In this document: piece after piece, positions 35,912 to 45,901 of the stretch
Position numbering within the stretch: the first letter of the stretch is position 1
Layout of the letters: every line of letters begins with the position of its first letter
Source of the DNA: a bacterium
GTDB taxonomy: Bacteria; Bacteroidota; Ignavibacteria; UBA10030
DNA: 60,712 nucleotides
Assembly: GCA_043803945.1 (NCBI GenBank)
Contig: JAZDJN010000085.1
Location: forward strand, 1 to 60,712
Reading direction: 5' to 3'
The notes under the pieces: generated by a model
What the model saw: the letters and a program-made list of their open reading frames with translations, nothing else
Told to the model about the DNA's origin: nothing
Databases searched by the model: none
Made by a program: the position numbers and the translations under genes

Positions 35912-37189
35912 CTATCGTGATCGCGGTATAAACTCATAGAAAGCAATCACGTTGGTTGCGAGCATCATTGGCATTTGCTGTGAGGCAACAATTGCCGGAA
36001 GGCGTTGATCGAGTTTGACGACCAGAACAATGAAGTTCTTTGAGGTTCGGGAATAGAGTTCCCAATATCCGTCTCCTTCGAGCTGCGTGGGGATCACCTT
36101 GTTATCGCTTACCGTTCCTTGAGCGTACCACATATCGGTATATGCATAGACCACGACGCCAACATTGGAATAGTTCTGATCAAGAATATATCCTCCGACA
36201 TATAACCGTCCGCTCGCGGTTGTGTCCTGAACGACGATGGTGTTTCGTCCATTGAAGAATGGTTTTGGGAAAGTGAAAATTCTTCCGAGGACACTGAATG
36301 TCCTGGGTTTACTGATCATGCCTTCAATGCCGATGGAGTCCATGCAGCTTGCTCGCCACCAGTTCATGCCAACGGGCATAGGCTCTAATTTTACGGAAAG
36401 GCTTGCCCCGATTACTTCAAACAATGGTTTGGAGAAATTGCTGTCGCCCGAAATTTCCACATGGTACATGGAAGCCTTGGGATTTCGTTCCCATCGGAGA
36501 TAGGCACCGCGTCCAATCTCGGACGAGGTAATAATTTGTTGATCCGGAGTCACAAGCACTGGCGGTGGAAGCAGAGGCCGGGGTGGTGCAGGTTTTTTTC
36601 CTTTTTCGACAAACGTTCCAAAATTCTTTCCAACGGAGATTGAATCACCCTGACTTTTCACTGAAAGGGTACCCTGGAGAACTGAGAAAAGATCCTTCTC
36701 GTTCTCGTCAGCTTTGATGAGGACCTCATTCCCGCTTGCCTGCGAGGGATTGTTTATTGCGTTCGCCGTGGCATTCGGTGTGCGATATGTCAGGTCAACA
36801 TTGAAATTAGCATCGTCCGGTGTCTTCAGTTGGACTCTACCGGAGAGAATTTCGAGCGTACCGGTTGTTGTTCGTTGGGTTGTGTCATGAAACATCTCAT
36901 TAATCACGATCAATGTATTTTCGCGGACAACGATCTGATGATCGTTCTTTATCTGAAGTGTCGCAGAAGCTTTTTTAAAAGTTTGCAGCTGGTCGCGTTT
37001 GCCAAGTTGTGATTGGGGAGTAGTTTCTTCCCAGGCAATTTCTCCAGCTTTTTTCGATTTCACTTTAGGAAGCACATAGGTCACAGTAATATCACACGGG
37101 GTCTTAGGTTCCTGTGAACAACCCATTATCAGGGATAAACTTATCAGAAGAGTGAAGGAAAATTCCAGAGTAATAAAGTGTTTCATCAT
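35912..37189 (-). CDS. FecR-domain-like lipoprotein
   Basis: Lipobox LIMGC; D.LQT...SA.L, TPNATA, SVLQG.LSV, Pro-rich linker, FN3-like segment. Confidence 0.6.
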   Translation of the reverse strand: MMKHFITLEFSFTLLISLSLIMGCSQEPKTPCDITVTYVLPKVKSKKAGEIAWEETTPQSQLGKRDQLQTFKKASATLQIKNDHQIVVRENTLIVINEMFHDTTQRTTTGTLEILSGRVQLKTPDDANFNVDLTYRTPNATANAINNPSQASGNEVLIKADENEKDLFSVLQGTLSVKSQGDSISVGKNFGTFVEKGKKPAPPRPLLPPPVLVTPDQQIITSSEIGRGAYLRWERNPKASMYHVEISGDSNFSKPLFEVIGASLSVKLEPMPVGMNWWRASCMDSIGIEGMISKPRTFSVLGRIFTFPKPFFNGRNTIVVQDTTASGRLYVGGYILDQNYSNVGVVVYAYTDMWYAQGTVSDNKVIPTQLEGDGYWELYSRTSKNFIVLVVKLDQRLPAIVASQQMPMMLATNVIAFYEFIPRSR

Positions 37190-37533
37190 TATCCCCTTGT
37201 TAAGATTTGTAGTAAATGTATATCAATATTTTTATGGAGGCAATCTTCATCCATAGAAAATATGCGATACCGCCTCTTCCTCTTGTGGATTTCTCGTGGT
37301 GAACAGAAGCATGGCAACCCCATGGATGGTTGATGGATTTATCCTTCTTATACTTTTGCACTTGATTTTTAGAGAACATGACGGCATCTTATGCAACAAT
37401 TTTAGTCTTTCGAGGGGATGAGCATTACTTCCGGCAATTGCTGCAGTGTACCGCATGCGGCCCCATCTCAGGAGTTTCTAATATTGAATGTAATTCTAGT
37501 TCAACTCAAACTCTCATTATTTTGGTGAATAGT

Positions 37534-40089
37534 ATGATGAACAAATTCAGAAGGCTGTTCCGCTCCAGCACGGCACGTCGCAACTACCTTATTGTGATGA
37601 TGTTGCTCTTTGCTGCTGCGTATCTTTGGCTGCCTATGGAGAGCCATACGCAGAGTGTTGGAACGACTCCGCAACTTGTAGAGCATCACTTTACGCCGTT
37701 TGCGCTCTTCACCGATCCGAGATATACTCCGATCGAAATCTATTCATTGGTTGCTGTACTCTGTATTGCAATCGCCGGCTTACTCTACGCACTGCTGCTT
37801 GTCAAACAAGTCTATGCTGCCGACCAGGGTACCAAGAAAATGCAGGATATCGCAGCAGCAGTCCGTGAAGGGGCCAATGCCTATCTGGGCGCTCAATTCA
37901 AGCGCATCGGGCCATTGATTATCCTCATTACAGTCATCCTGTTTCTAACTTATACCGGGACAATGGATGCTTTCCGATGGGGGCGTGCCGGAGCGTTTCT
38001 TGTTGGATCGTTATTCAGCTGGACAGTCGGATTTGTCGGTATGCGTCTTGCTACTGCTGGAAATCTTCGCGTTGCAACTGCAGCAAAACGCAGCTATGGA
38101 GAAGCTCTTCAACTCGGCTACCGGACCGGGACAATTACCGGAATGTTGACCGACGGTCTCGGATTATTAGGTGGAACAATTATTTTTCTCATCTTCAGCG
38201 AGCAAGCGTATGAGGCACTACTCGGATTTGGATTCGGCGGAACGCTGTTAGCCCTCTTTATGCGCGTCGGCGGCGGAATTTACACCAAAGCTGCCGATGT
38301 CGGTGCTGATCTTGTTGGTAAAGTTGAGAAAGATATTCCGGAAGACGATCCGCGCAATGCAGCAACAATTGCCGATAATGTCGGCGATAACGTCGGCGAC
38401 TGCGCTGGTATGGCTGCCGATATTTTTGAGAGCTATGAAGTCACCATCGTTGCCGCAATGATTCTCGGTATGGCAAGTTTTGGCCATAAAGGCGTTATCT
38501 TCCCCCTATTGGTTCGCGGTATCGGTGTGCTGGGTTCAATTATCAGCACCTATACTGTTAAGGCAGGCGCCGATGACACCTCTGATACAGCGCTGAAGAG
38601 CGTTCATCGTGGATTCTGGATCGGCTCCATTATCAGCATCATTGGATTTGTGGCCCTTGGATTTGCCTACCTCTATTTCGACGCGGCGTATCTTCTGGGC
38701 AATCCAACCGCACTTGCCGGTTTCCCCAATGGCGATCCAAATCAGCTTGCGTGGTTTGCGAATTTCGGTGTTCCCAACCTCGATCTCCGTCCCGCAATTA
38801 CATGCCTGATTGGAATTTTCCTTGCCGTTGCCCTGAATAAAGTGACAAGCTACTATACCCACACCAGCCATGCCCCTGTCAAGAGTTTGGCAAAAGCATG
38901 CCAAACAGGCCACGCAACAAACATCATTCAGGGTTTCGCCGTGGGTTATGAAAGCACAGTCGCTGCGATCATTGTGATTGCCGTTGCTATTCTTCTCTCC
39001 GTACTAACGTATGCCGGAACACCTCCGCTCTTCATCGCCTATGGTGTTGCAATGACCGGTATCGGTATGTTAACACTCACGGGGAATACAATTTCCATGG
39101 ATGTCTTCGGTCCTGTGGCAGATAATGCCAACGGCATCGGTGAAATGGGATACGATAAAGAGGAGATGGAAAAAGAGAAGCCGGGAAGCTACAAGCGAGC
39201 CCGCCAGATTCTTGCCGATCTCGATGCAGTCGGAAATACAACAAAGGCTGAGACCAAGGGAATTGCCATTGGCTCGGCAGTCATCGCTGCGGTTTCATTG
39301 TTTGCGAGCTTCATAGCCGTTATTGCGGTTGGCAGTGAAGAGAAGATTCACCTGATGAGCGTTTCTCAATATCTTGTCGAAGCGGGGAAGATCACCGTCG
39401 CCGATCCGACAGTCTTTATTGGCTTCCTCATCGGTGGTGCAGTGCCCTTCCTCTTTAGCAGTATGTTGATCCGTGCGGTTGGCCGGGCTGCCTATTATAT
39501 CGTGAAAGAATGCCGTATCCAGTTCCGCGACCCGGAAATCTGGCAAGGCACCAAGAAACCCGATTACGGCAAGGTGGTGAACATTTGCACACTCACTGCA
39601 CAAAAAGAACTGATTGGTCCGGGACTCCTCGCCATTATGACACCGATTTTTGTCGGATTCCTCCTTGGCCCCTACGCTCTGGGAGGATTCCTTGCCGGGA
39701 TGATCCTTGTCGGGCAACTGCTCGCCGTGTTTATGGCGAATGCGGGCGGGGCATGGGATAATGCAAAAAAGATGATTGAAGATGGTATCTATGGCGGTAA
39801 GGGTTCAGAGGCTCATAAAGCAGCCGTCACTGGTGATACGGTCGGTGATCCGTTGAAAGATACTGCAGGCCCGGCAATCAATCCGTTGATTAAAGTGATG
39901 AATATGATCAGCCTGCTTGCACTTGGACTTGTGCTTCAGTATAACTTAATAGAGCCGCGCGTGCCTGTGGAATTGGTAGGTACCTCACGCGTTATCGGTG
40001 TGATTGTCATTCTTCTCGCTGCTGCTGCTATTGGATGGGCGATCTGGCAGAGCAAGCGGGAATCCGGCGATTTTGTCGAGAGCGAATAA
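37534..40089 (+). CDS. hppA: Membrane-bound pyrophosphatase, K+-independent type
   Basis: GGGIYTKAADVGADLVGKVE, EDDPRN, DNVGDNVGD, GNTTKA (Lys), GGAWDNAKK, GDTVGDPLKDTAGP; start ATG 37534. Confidence 0.95.
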   Translation: MMNKFRRLFRSSTARRNYLIVMMLLFAAAYLWLPMESHTQSVGTTPQLVEHHFTPFALFTDPRYTPIEIYSLVAVLCIAIAGLLYALLLVKQVYAADQGTKKMQDIAAAVREGANAYLGAQFKRIGPLIILITVILFLTYTGTMDAFRWGRAGAFLVGSLFSWTVGFVGMRLATAGNLRVATAAKRSYGEALQLGYRTGTITGMLTDGLGLLGGTIIFLIFSEQAYEALLGFGFGGTLLALFMRVGGGIYTKAADVGADLVGKVEKDIPEDDPRNAATIADNVGDNVGDCAGMAADIFESYEVTIVAAMILGMASFGHKGVIFPLLVRGIGVLGSIISTYTVKAGADDTSDTALKSVHRGFWIGSIISIIGFVALGFAYLYFDAAYLLGNPTALAGFPNGDPNQLAWFANFGVPNLDLRPAITCLIGIFLAVALNKVTSYYTHTSHAPVKSLAKACQTGHATNIIQGFAVGYESTVAAIIVIAVAILLSVLTYAGTPPLFIAYGVAMTGIGMLTLTGNTISMDVFGPVADNANGIGEMGYDKEEMEKEKPGSYKRARQILADLDAVGNTTKAETKGIAIGSAVIAAVSLFASFIAVIAVGSEEKIHLMSVSQYLVEAGKITVADPTVFIGFLIGGAVPFLFSSMLIRAVGRAAYYIVKECRIQFRDPEIWQGTKKPDYGKVVNICTLTAQKELIGPGLLAIMTPIFVGFLLGPYALGGFLAGMILVGQLLAVFMANAGGAWDNAKKMIEDGIYGGKGSEAHKAAVTGDTVGDPLKDTAGPAINPLIKVMNMISLLALGLVLQYNLIEPRVPVELVGTSRVIGVIVILLAAAAIGWAIWQSKRESGDFVESE

Positions 40090-40116
40090 TAATCTATCAT
40101 ACTCTGTTCTTTCACG

Positions 40117-40158
40117 AGAAGGCCCAACTGATGTCAATCCGTTGGGCTTTTCTCTTCT
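40117..40158 (+). terminator. Rho-independent terminator after hppA
   Basis: AGAAGGCCCAAC / GTTGGGCTTTTCT followed by a pyrimidine tract. Confidence 0.65.
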
Positions 40159-40179
40159 CTTAAAAAGGATGGTGATGCG

Positions 40180-40893
40180 ATGTCACCGCGCAATGAGCAA
40201 GAAGAGCTTGAGTCTAGAAAGACACGAGATCAGTTCCGCAATCTTTCGGCATACCTGCAAGCTGCACGGGAAGAGGAGCGAAAGAGCATCGCCAGTGAAA
40301 TTCATGATGAACTGGGACAGGTGCTGACAACATTGAAACTCGACCTCTCTCTGTTGCGCGAGGAGATGCTGCATGATGTTGTCGCTGCAGGCTGGCGCAT
40401 CCAGCGGATGAATGATGCCGTTGATGATACCATCCACGATGTGAAGAGAATCATTTCCAAGCTTCGCCCCATACTTCTTGATGATCTCGGATTATCGGCG
40501 GCGATGGAGTGGCAGGCGAATGAATTTCAGCAACACACCGGTATTGTGTGCGAAATATTTATCGATCCGGAAGAAATGCGTGTCGACGACGATCGTTCGA
40601 CTGCGGTCTTTCGAATCTTTCAGGAAACGCTGACAAATGTGGGAAGACACGCAGGGGCGACACGTGTTTCCGCCAGCCTGATTAAAACGGATGAACTCCT
40701 TGAGCTCCAGGTTCGTGATAACGGCCGGGGAATCACCCAGGAACAACTTCATGATCCAAAATCATTTGGCTTGTTTGGGATTCATGAACGGGCAAGGTAT
40801 TGGGGCGGAGAAGCGGAAATCAAGGGAGTGCCCAAAGCGGGGACTACTGTAACCGTTCGATTTCCACTCGATACATCGGAGGCAGTATTATGA
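40180..40893 (+). CDS. HisKA_3 (NarX/UhpB-type) histidine kinase lacking a sensor domain
   Basis: EEERKSIASEIHDELGQ, LRP..LDDLGL, RIFQETLTN...HA, DNGRG, GL.GI.ER. Confidence 0.88.
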   Translation: MSPRNEQEELESRKTRDQFRNLSAYLQAAREEERKSIASEIHDELGQVLTTLKLDLSLLREEMLHDVVAAGWRIQRMNDAVDDTIHDVKRIISKLRPILLDDLGLSAAMEWQANEFQQHTGIVCEIFIDPEEMRVDDDRSTAVFRIFQETLTNVGRHAGATRVSASLIKTDELLELQVRDNGRGITQEQLHDPKSFGLFGIHERARYWGGEAEIKGVPKAGTTVTVRFPLDTSEAVL

Positions 40894-41564
40894 TTCGCAT
40901 TCTGATTGTCGACGACCATGTGATGTTTCGCGAGGGATTGAAGCAGATCCTGGCTCGTCATTCCGATATGCGTGTTGTCGATGAGGCAGGCAGCGGACCC
41001 GAAGCAATCAGTAAAGTGCTTCAACATAAGCTCGATGTTGTATTGCTCGATATCTCCTTGCCTGGAAGAAGCGGCCCCGAACTGCTTCTCGAAATTAAAA
41101 AAGAACGGCCGGAACTGGCAGTGCTGGTTGTCAGCATGCATCCCGAAAATCAATATGCTGTGCGTATGATGAAGGCCGGTGCATCAGGATATTTGACCAA
41201 AGAAAGCGCAGCAGATCAATTGATCTCCGCGATACGCAAAGTTGCCATTGGCGGGCGCTATATCAGTTCAAAACTGGCCGAAGAAATGGCCGTGGCGCTC
41301 GATACCAACCTGCCGAAACTACCGCATCAGATGCTCTCCAATCGTGAGTTCCAGGTGATGCGGATGCTCGCCTCCGGGAAATCGTTGAAAGAAATTGCCG
41401 ATGATTTATTCCTCAGTGAGAAGACTGTAACAACCTACCGTGCTCGTGTGCTCGAAAAGATGAAACTGAAGAATAATGTCGAGTTGACACTCTACGCGAT
41501 TGAGCACACACTCCTGCCCTGGTATATTTCAATTCGGGATATGAACCAATCGAATAGAGAGTGA
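40890..41564 (+). CDS. NarL/LuxR-family response regulator
   Basis: ILIVDDH, LLDISLP, GASGYLTK, LS.RE..V, SEKTV.TYR; ATGA overlap with the kinase. Confidence 0.95.
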   Translation: MIRILIVDDHVMFREGLKQILARHSDMRVVDEAGSGPEAISKVLQHKLDVVLLDISLPGRSGPELLLEIKKERPELAVLVVSMHPENQYAVRMMKAGASGYLTKESAADQLISAIRKVAIGGRYISSKLAEEMAVALDTNLPKLPHQMLSNREFQVMRMLASGKSLKEIADDLFLSEKTVTTYRARVLEKMKLKNNVELTLYAIEHTLLPWYISIRDMNQSNRE

Positions 41565-41635
41565 GTGAAATTGTAAATGGAGAGTTGCGAATGACGAATG
41601 GATAGATGATGCTGATCGCTGATAATACCATTCCT

Positions 41636-41714
41636 CTCTCGACGCTCTTGCGTCGGGAGGGCACATTAGACAAGCAACGACTTTTTTTGTTCCGACGCAG
41701 GAGCAACGGAACAA
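41636..41714. repeat. Inverted pair of REP-like palindromes between convergent genes
   Basis: CTCTCGACGCTCTTGCGTCGGGAG and TTGTTCCGACGCAGGAGCAACGGAACAA. Confidence 0.55.
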
Positions 41715-41729
41715 GGAAGGAATGAATCG

Positions 41730-42749
41730 TTAATCAAACTCATCAACCTTCATTACGTATTGCCACCAGTTGTTCAATTTACCGTCACTTAATCCTTCTG
41801 CGCGAGGAAGATGTTTGAACCACCAGATATGATGAAGGCGCATATCGCCGTTTCCCCATTCCTCACAATTTACTCTTCGAATCTTCCCTGTAAGGGTTGG
41901 ATAGGAATACCAGTCATCACAACCGCTCATGACATACATGGGATTTCCCCATTCATAATCTCTGGTGCTATTTGGTGCAAAATGAATATTACCGCACTGT
42001 GCCTGGCCTGGTGCATTTTTGTCATAGAGTGTAAAATGATTCCAGGATGTGTTCTTGTTCGCTTCCCAGGTACCATAGATATGCCAGAGAATGGATTCGA
42101 TGCGATGCCCTAAATTCTCCAGCATACAATCGACACCGCGCTCGTAATTAAATCCCATCACCACAAAACGCCGATTGCAATCGATATCAGTCAGTGGATC
42201 AGAATTGCAGAAGTAGGCCCCCTTCCCAACCATCAGCGATTCCCACCATCCGAAACCTGGAGCGCCAAACATCCAGACCTCATCAATCTCTTTGCTCTCT
42301 ATCCTCTTCACAAGATCGAATTCTTTGATGATTGCCTTGTAATCTCCTCCTTGAGGATAGAACCGTTTTCTGTTCCAATCGATGAAAAATGTTGAGTCGT
42401 TGTAACGGTATCCATCTGTGTGGATGGGATACTCATTGAGCTCGATCTGTTCAACTATCATATAGTTCACAATGCCCCAGCTTGCTTCATGAACATCCCG
42501 AATATACCGGTATGCGAGTGTATCTGGATTATTCCAGCGAAGGATTTCGTGTAGCTTTTTGTTTCCCTTTGAAGAGATGATGGGATCATAGATGAGGATG
42601 AGAACTTTTCTGGTGATGGGTTCCTTCGCATATCTCGGTTTTTCTTCTCTCGCGAACTGACCAGGAGTGAATGTCGATAGCCCCACGAAGCAACAATCAG
42701 AGAAGAGAGGTAGAATTATGAGTGCTAGTGCTATGATAATCTGATTCAT
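41730..42749 (-). CDS. Exported hypothetical protein
   Basis: 339 aa, hydrophobic N-terminus, Trp/Cys-rich; GFNYERG..CMLENLGHRIE, CGNIHFAPN. Confidence 0.75.
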   Translation of the reverse strand: MNQIIIALALIILPLFSDCCFVGLSTFTPGQFAREEKPRYAKEPITRKVLILIYDPIISSKGNKKLHEILRWNNPDTLAYRYIRDVHEASWGIVNYMIVEQIELNEYPIHTDGYRYNDSTFFIDWNRKRFYPQGGDYKAIIKEFDLVKRIESKEIDEVWMFGAPGFGWWESLMVGKGAYFCNSDPLTDIDCNRRFVVMGFNYERGVDCMLENLGHRIESILWHIYGTWEANKNTSWNHFTLYDKNAPGQAQCGNIHFAPNSTRDYEWGNPMYVMSGCDDWYSYPTLTGKIRRVNCEEWGNGDMRLHHIWWFKHLPRAEGLSDGKLNNWWQYVMKVDEFD

Positions 42750-43116
42750 ACTGAACGTTTTCCCTCCATTGATCAGAAGATTGTTGCCGGTTAATATAGA
42801 GATTGAATTTGGCTTATTCTAATCGAATACGATCAGTATGGAACTGGAGATTTCGGAAATAGGCCCGGGATTGCACAAGATTCCCCTTTCCCATCATCGA
42901 CAAAAATACCTTGCATAGCTACCATTTTTTGCCTACTTTTAACACCCAAATTAGGCGAGAAAAGGCTTCCGAAGTCTCGGTTTTTAAGGGATTTCGGAAA
43001 TTTTGTTACCTCACCTCCAGTTAGTTTTTGGAAATACAAGGGGGGAGTGTGCTTATCAGGCAAGTATGCACGCTGAGATATTGAAAATTCAGAAATAGAA
43101 TCATAGCGAATACGAT

Positions 43117-44445
43117 ATGTTTGAAGGTTTATCACAAAAGCTCGAAGCGGTTTTTAAAAAACTCCGTGGAGAAGGCCGGATCACCGAACAGAATGTAACG
43201 GAATCCCTTCGGGAAGTACGCCGTGTTCTTCTCGATGCTGATGTGAATTATAAAGTCGCCAAGCAATTTATCGAAGATGTTCAAAAACGCGCTGTTGGTC
43301 AGGAAGTCTTAACAAGTATCACGCCGGGTCAGCTCATCATTAAGATTATTTATGATGAGATGGTGAAACTGCTGGGACAGTCGAGGGCGGAATTAAAGTT
43401 TTCCAACATTCCTCCAACAATCATTATGGTGGCTGGGCTCCAGGGCTCTGGAAAAACGACATTCTGTGCCAAGCTTGCCAATCATATTAAGAGCAAAGGG
43501 AATAATCCCTTACTCGTCGCAGCAGATACCTATCGGCCCGCTGCCATAGACCAGTTGATGACTCTGGGAAAGCAGCTTGGCATTCCGGTCTTCTCAGAGA
43601 GGGATCAGAGTCCAGTCAAGATTGCAATCGACTCACTCGATTTTGCACGGAAGAATATTCGGGACACGGTCATCATCGACACAGCTGGCCGTCTGCACAT
43701 CGATGAAGAGATGATGCAGGAAGTTGCTTCGATCAAGGAGAAGACCAAGCCGCATGAAATTCTCTTCGTTGTCGATGCAATGACGGGACAGGATGCTGTC
43801 AATACGGCGAAGGCTTTTCACGATCGGTTGAATTTCGATGGTGTCGTTCTTACCAAACTGGATGGTGACAGCCGTGGCGGATCGGCGCTCTCGATCCGGG
43901 CCGTTGTTGAAAAACCGATCAAGTTCATTGGTATAGGGGAGAAGCTCGATGCTCTCGAGCCGTTTTACCCTGAGCGGATTGCTTCACGCATTCTCGGGAT
44001 GGGGGATATTGTTACTCTCGTTGAGAAGGCGCAACAGCAGTTCGATGAAGAGAAGGCTGTCAAACTTGAAGAGAAATTTCGCAAAGCGCAGTTTACACTG
44101 GAGGATTTTCTTGATCAGCTTCGTGAAGTAAAGAAAATGGGACCATTAAGCCAGGTTATGGGAATGATTCCCGGTATGAATCGGCTCCCAGCCGATGCTC
44201 AGGTCGATGAAAAAGCCCTCGTACGCATCGAAGCCATTATTCAATCGATGACGAGAGAGGAGCGGTTGAGGCCAGTCATCATTAATGGGAACAGACGGCG
44301 AAGGATCGCTCTAGGAAGCGGCACAACAGTGCAGGAGATTAATCGCCTCTTGAAGCAGTTTGAAGAAATGCAGAAAATGATGAAGCGGCTTTCAAAAGGC
44401 AATATGCGGAGAACGCTTCAGGGCATGCGGCTTCCGGCCCGCTGA
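43117..44445 (+). CDS. ffh: Signal recognition particle protein Ffh
   Basis: GLQGSGKTT, DTAGR, TKLDGD.RGG, RILGMGD, Met-rich M domain. Confidence 0.99.
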   Translation: MFEGLSQKLEAVFKKLRGEGRITEQNVTESLREVRRVLLDADVNYKVAKQFIEDVQKRAVGQEVLTSITPGQLIIKIIYDEMVKLLGQSRAELKFSNIPPTIIMVAGLQGSGKTTFCAKLANHIKSKGNNPLLVAADTYRPAAIDQLMTLGKQLGIPVFSERDQSPVKIAIDSLDFARKNIRDTVIIDTAGRLHIDEEMMQEVASIKEKTKPHEILFVVDAMTGQDAVNTAKAFHDRLNFDGVVLTKLDGDSRGGSALSIRAVVEKPIKFIGIGEKLDALEPFYPERIASRILGMGDIVTLVEKAQQQFDEEKAVKLEEKFRKAQFTLEDFLDQLREVKKMGPLSQVMGMIPGMNRLPADAQVDEKALVRIEAIIQSMTREERLRPVIINGNRRRRIALGSGTTVQEINRLLKQFEEMQKMMKRLSKGNMRRTLQGMRLPAR

Positions 44446-44550
44446 ACGGATTGAACTGGGAGTTCGGCGCTGGCTGGCATCACGTTTAAAAACCCCCACG
44501 ATATTGAAGTACGACGAACAAAACTATCTAATTGAAGAGGAGTACATAGA

Positions 44551-44982
44551 GTGGTTAAATTACGATTGCGGAGAATCGGAAAGAAAAAATTCCCGATCTA
44601 CAGAATCGTTGCAGCGGATGCACGTTCGCCCCGTAACGGTCGGTTCATTGAGAACGTAGGCACATACGATCCCAATAAAAATCCGGCTGAGTTGAAGTTT
44701 CAGGAAGCGCGTGTATTCGACTGGTTGCGCAAGGGTGCCCAGCCCACCGATACCGTACGCTCGTTATTCCGACGTACAGGTCTATGGTTGAAATGGACGC
44801 TTGCGAAAAATAAAAAATTGGATAATGCCGCCCGTCAGGTCATTCTCGAGAAATGGCAGTTGCAGCAGGTGGAAAAATCTGCGCGAGAGGCAGACAAGCG
44901 TGCACGGCGTGCAGAGAAGAAAAAGAAAGCTGCTGCACCGGCTGAGGCTGCTCCGGCTCCTGCTGAACAGCCTGCCGCGTAA
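44551..44982 (+). CDS. rpsP: 30S ribosomal protein S16 with C-terminal extension
   Basis: VKLRLRRIG, YRIVAADARSPRNG, GAQPTDTV. Confidence 0.98.
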   Translation: MVKLRLRRIGKKKFPIYRIVAADARSPRNGRFIENVGTYDPNKNPAELKFQEARVFDWLRKGAQPTDTVRSLFRRTGLWLKWTLAKNKKLDNAARQVILEKWQLQQVEKSAREADKRARRAEKKKKAAAPAEAAPAPAEQPAA

Positions 44983-44996
44983 TGGTCGGCATCGAG

Positions 44997-45075
44997 TGAC
45001 GAGAGAGTTTTTAGTTCCCCCGTGGTACCCACGGAGGATTTCGGAATCGGTAAATCAGGAACTCTAACTCCGTTA
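44997..45075 (+). ncRNA. Candidate structured RNA (three-way junction) between rpsP and khpA
   Basis: Nested complementary segments GAGTT/AACTC, AGTTCC/GGAACT, CCGTGG/CCACGG, GATTT/AAATC. Confidence 0.35.
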
Positions 45076-45126
45076 GCAGTGCAACACCATAATCCCAATG
45101 GGACCCAAGAGCACAGGAGGTACACC

Positions 45127-45357
45127 ATGAAGGATTTCGTCGAATACGTTGCAAAGCATCTCGTCGATAAACCGGAAGACGTAGCGCTTGAGATTGAGGA
45201 AAAAGAGGGTAAAACGATCTTCAAACTCAAAGTTGCGGAAAATGATGTAGGTAAATTAATCGGTCGGAAAGGTCGAACAGCTTCAGCGTTTCGGGTTCTC
45301 TTGCGGGCTGTCGCAGCCAAAGAAGGCAAGCGGGCTGTGCTCGATATCATCGGCTGA
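45127..45357 (+). CDS. khpA: KH-domain RNA-binding protein KhpA
   Basis: AGGAGG RBS; LVDKPE.V, DVGKLIGRKGRTA; conserved position. Confidence 0.95.
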   Translation: MKDFVEYVAKHLVDKPEDVALEIEEKEGKTIFKLKVAENDVGKLIGRKGRTASAFRVLLRAVAAKEGKRAVLDIIG

Positions 45358-45370
45358 TGATCCGTACCGA

Positions 45371-45901
45371 ATGAGCGAATCGCTGATGCCTGAGTATATT
45401 GCCATTGGAAAAATAGTCAAGAGCGTTGGCATTCGTGGTGAGGTGAAGATTCTTCCTCTCACCGATGATCCGGAAAGATTTTTCACGGTATCGGCGGTGT
45501 GGGTTGGCGCTCCAGCAGAGCCGCTGAAACGGCACTTCATCGACTCGGTACGAAGTGACAACAAAGGGGTCGTGCTCACGTTGCGCGGAATCAATGATCG
45601 CACCGCGGCTGATGGCCAGCGAAATAAATTTTTGTTTGTCCCGGATTCAGACTCTGTCGCACCGCGCAAAGGTTCATACTTCATCCACGATATTATCGGC
45701 ATGAAGGTTTTTACGGAGGAGAACAGGGAACTCGGAGTTGTTGAGGATGTGTACCAACTGCCAGCCAATGATGTGTGGGTGGTGAAGCGAGGGCGTAATG
45801 AGATTTTTCTCCCCGCCATTAATGATGTGATCAAATCCATCGATGTGCAGGAAAAGGTCATCGTGATACGAATGGTTGAGGGATTGATTGATGAGGATTG
45901 A
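45371..45901 (+). CDS. rimM: Ribosome maturation factor RimM
   Basis: IGKIV..VGIRGEVK, TDDPERF, Y..HD.IG, ANDV. Confidence 0.96.
   Translation: MSESLMPEYIAIGKIVKSVGIRGEVKILPLTDDPERFFTVSAVWVGAPAEPLKRHFIDSVRSDNKGVVLTLRGINDRTAADGQRNKFLFVPDSDSVAPRKGSYFIHDIIGMKVFTEENRELGVVEDVYQLPANDVWVVKRGRNEIFLPAINDVIKSIDVQEKVIVIRMVEGLIDED

Noticed and set aside
37190-37533. Riboswitch upstream of hppA, or the longer 903-aa start
   Set aside because: No fluoride, Na+ or other aptamer consensus that I could match; the 52-residue extension does not look protein-like, so ATG 37534 is preferred
41730-42749. Zincin metalloprotease call from ENLGHRIE
   Set aside because: Not a true HExxH motif; left as hypothetical
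44446-44550. SRP RNA (ffs) next to ffh
   Set aside because: No recognisable domain IV (TCAGG..GGAAG..AGCA) hairpin here or in 42750-43116
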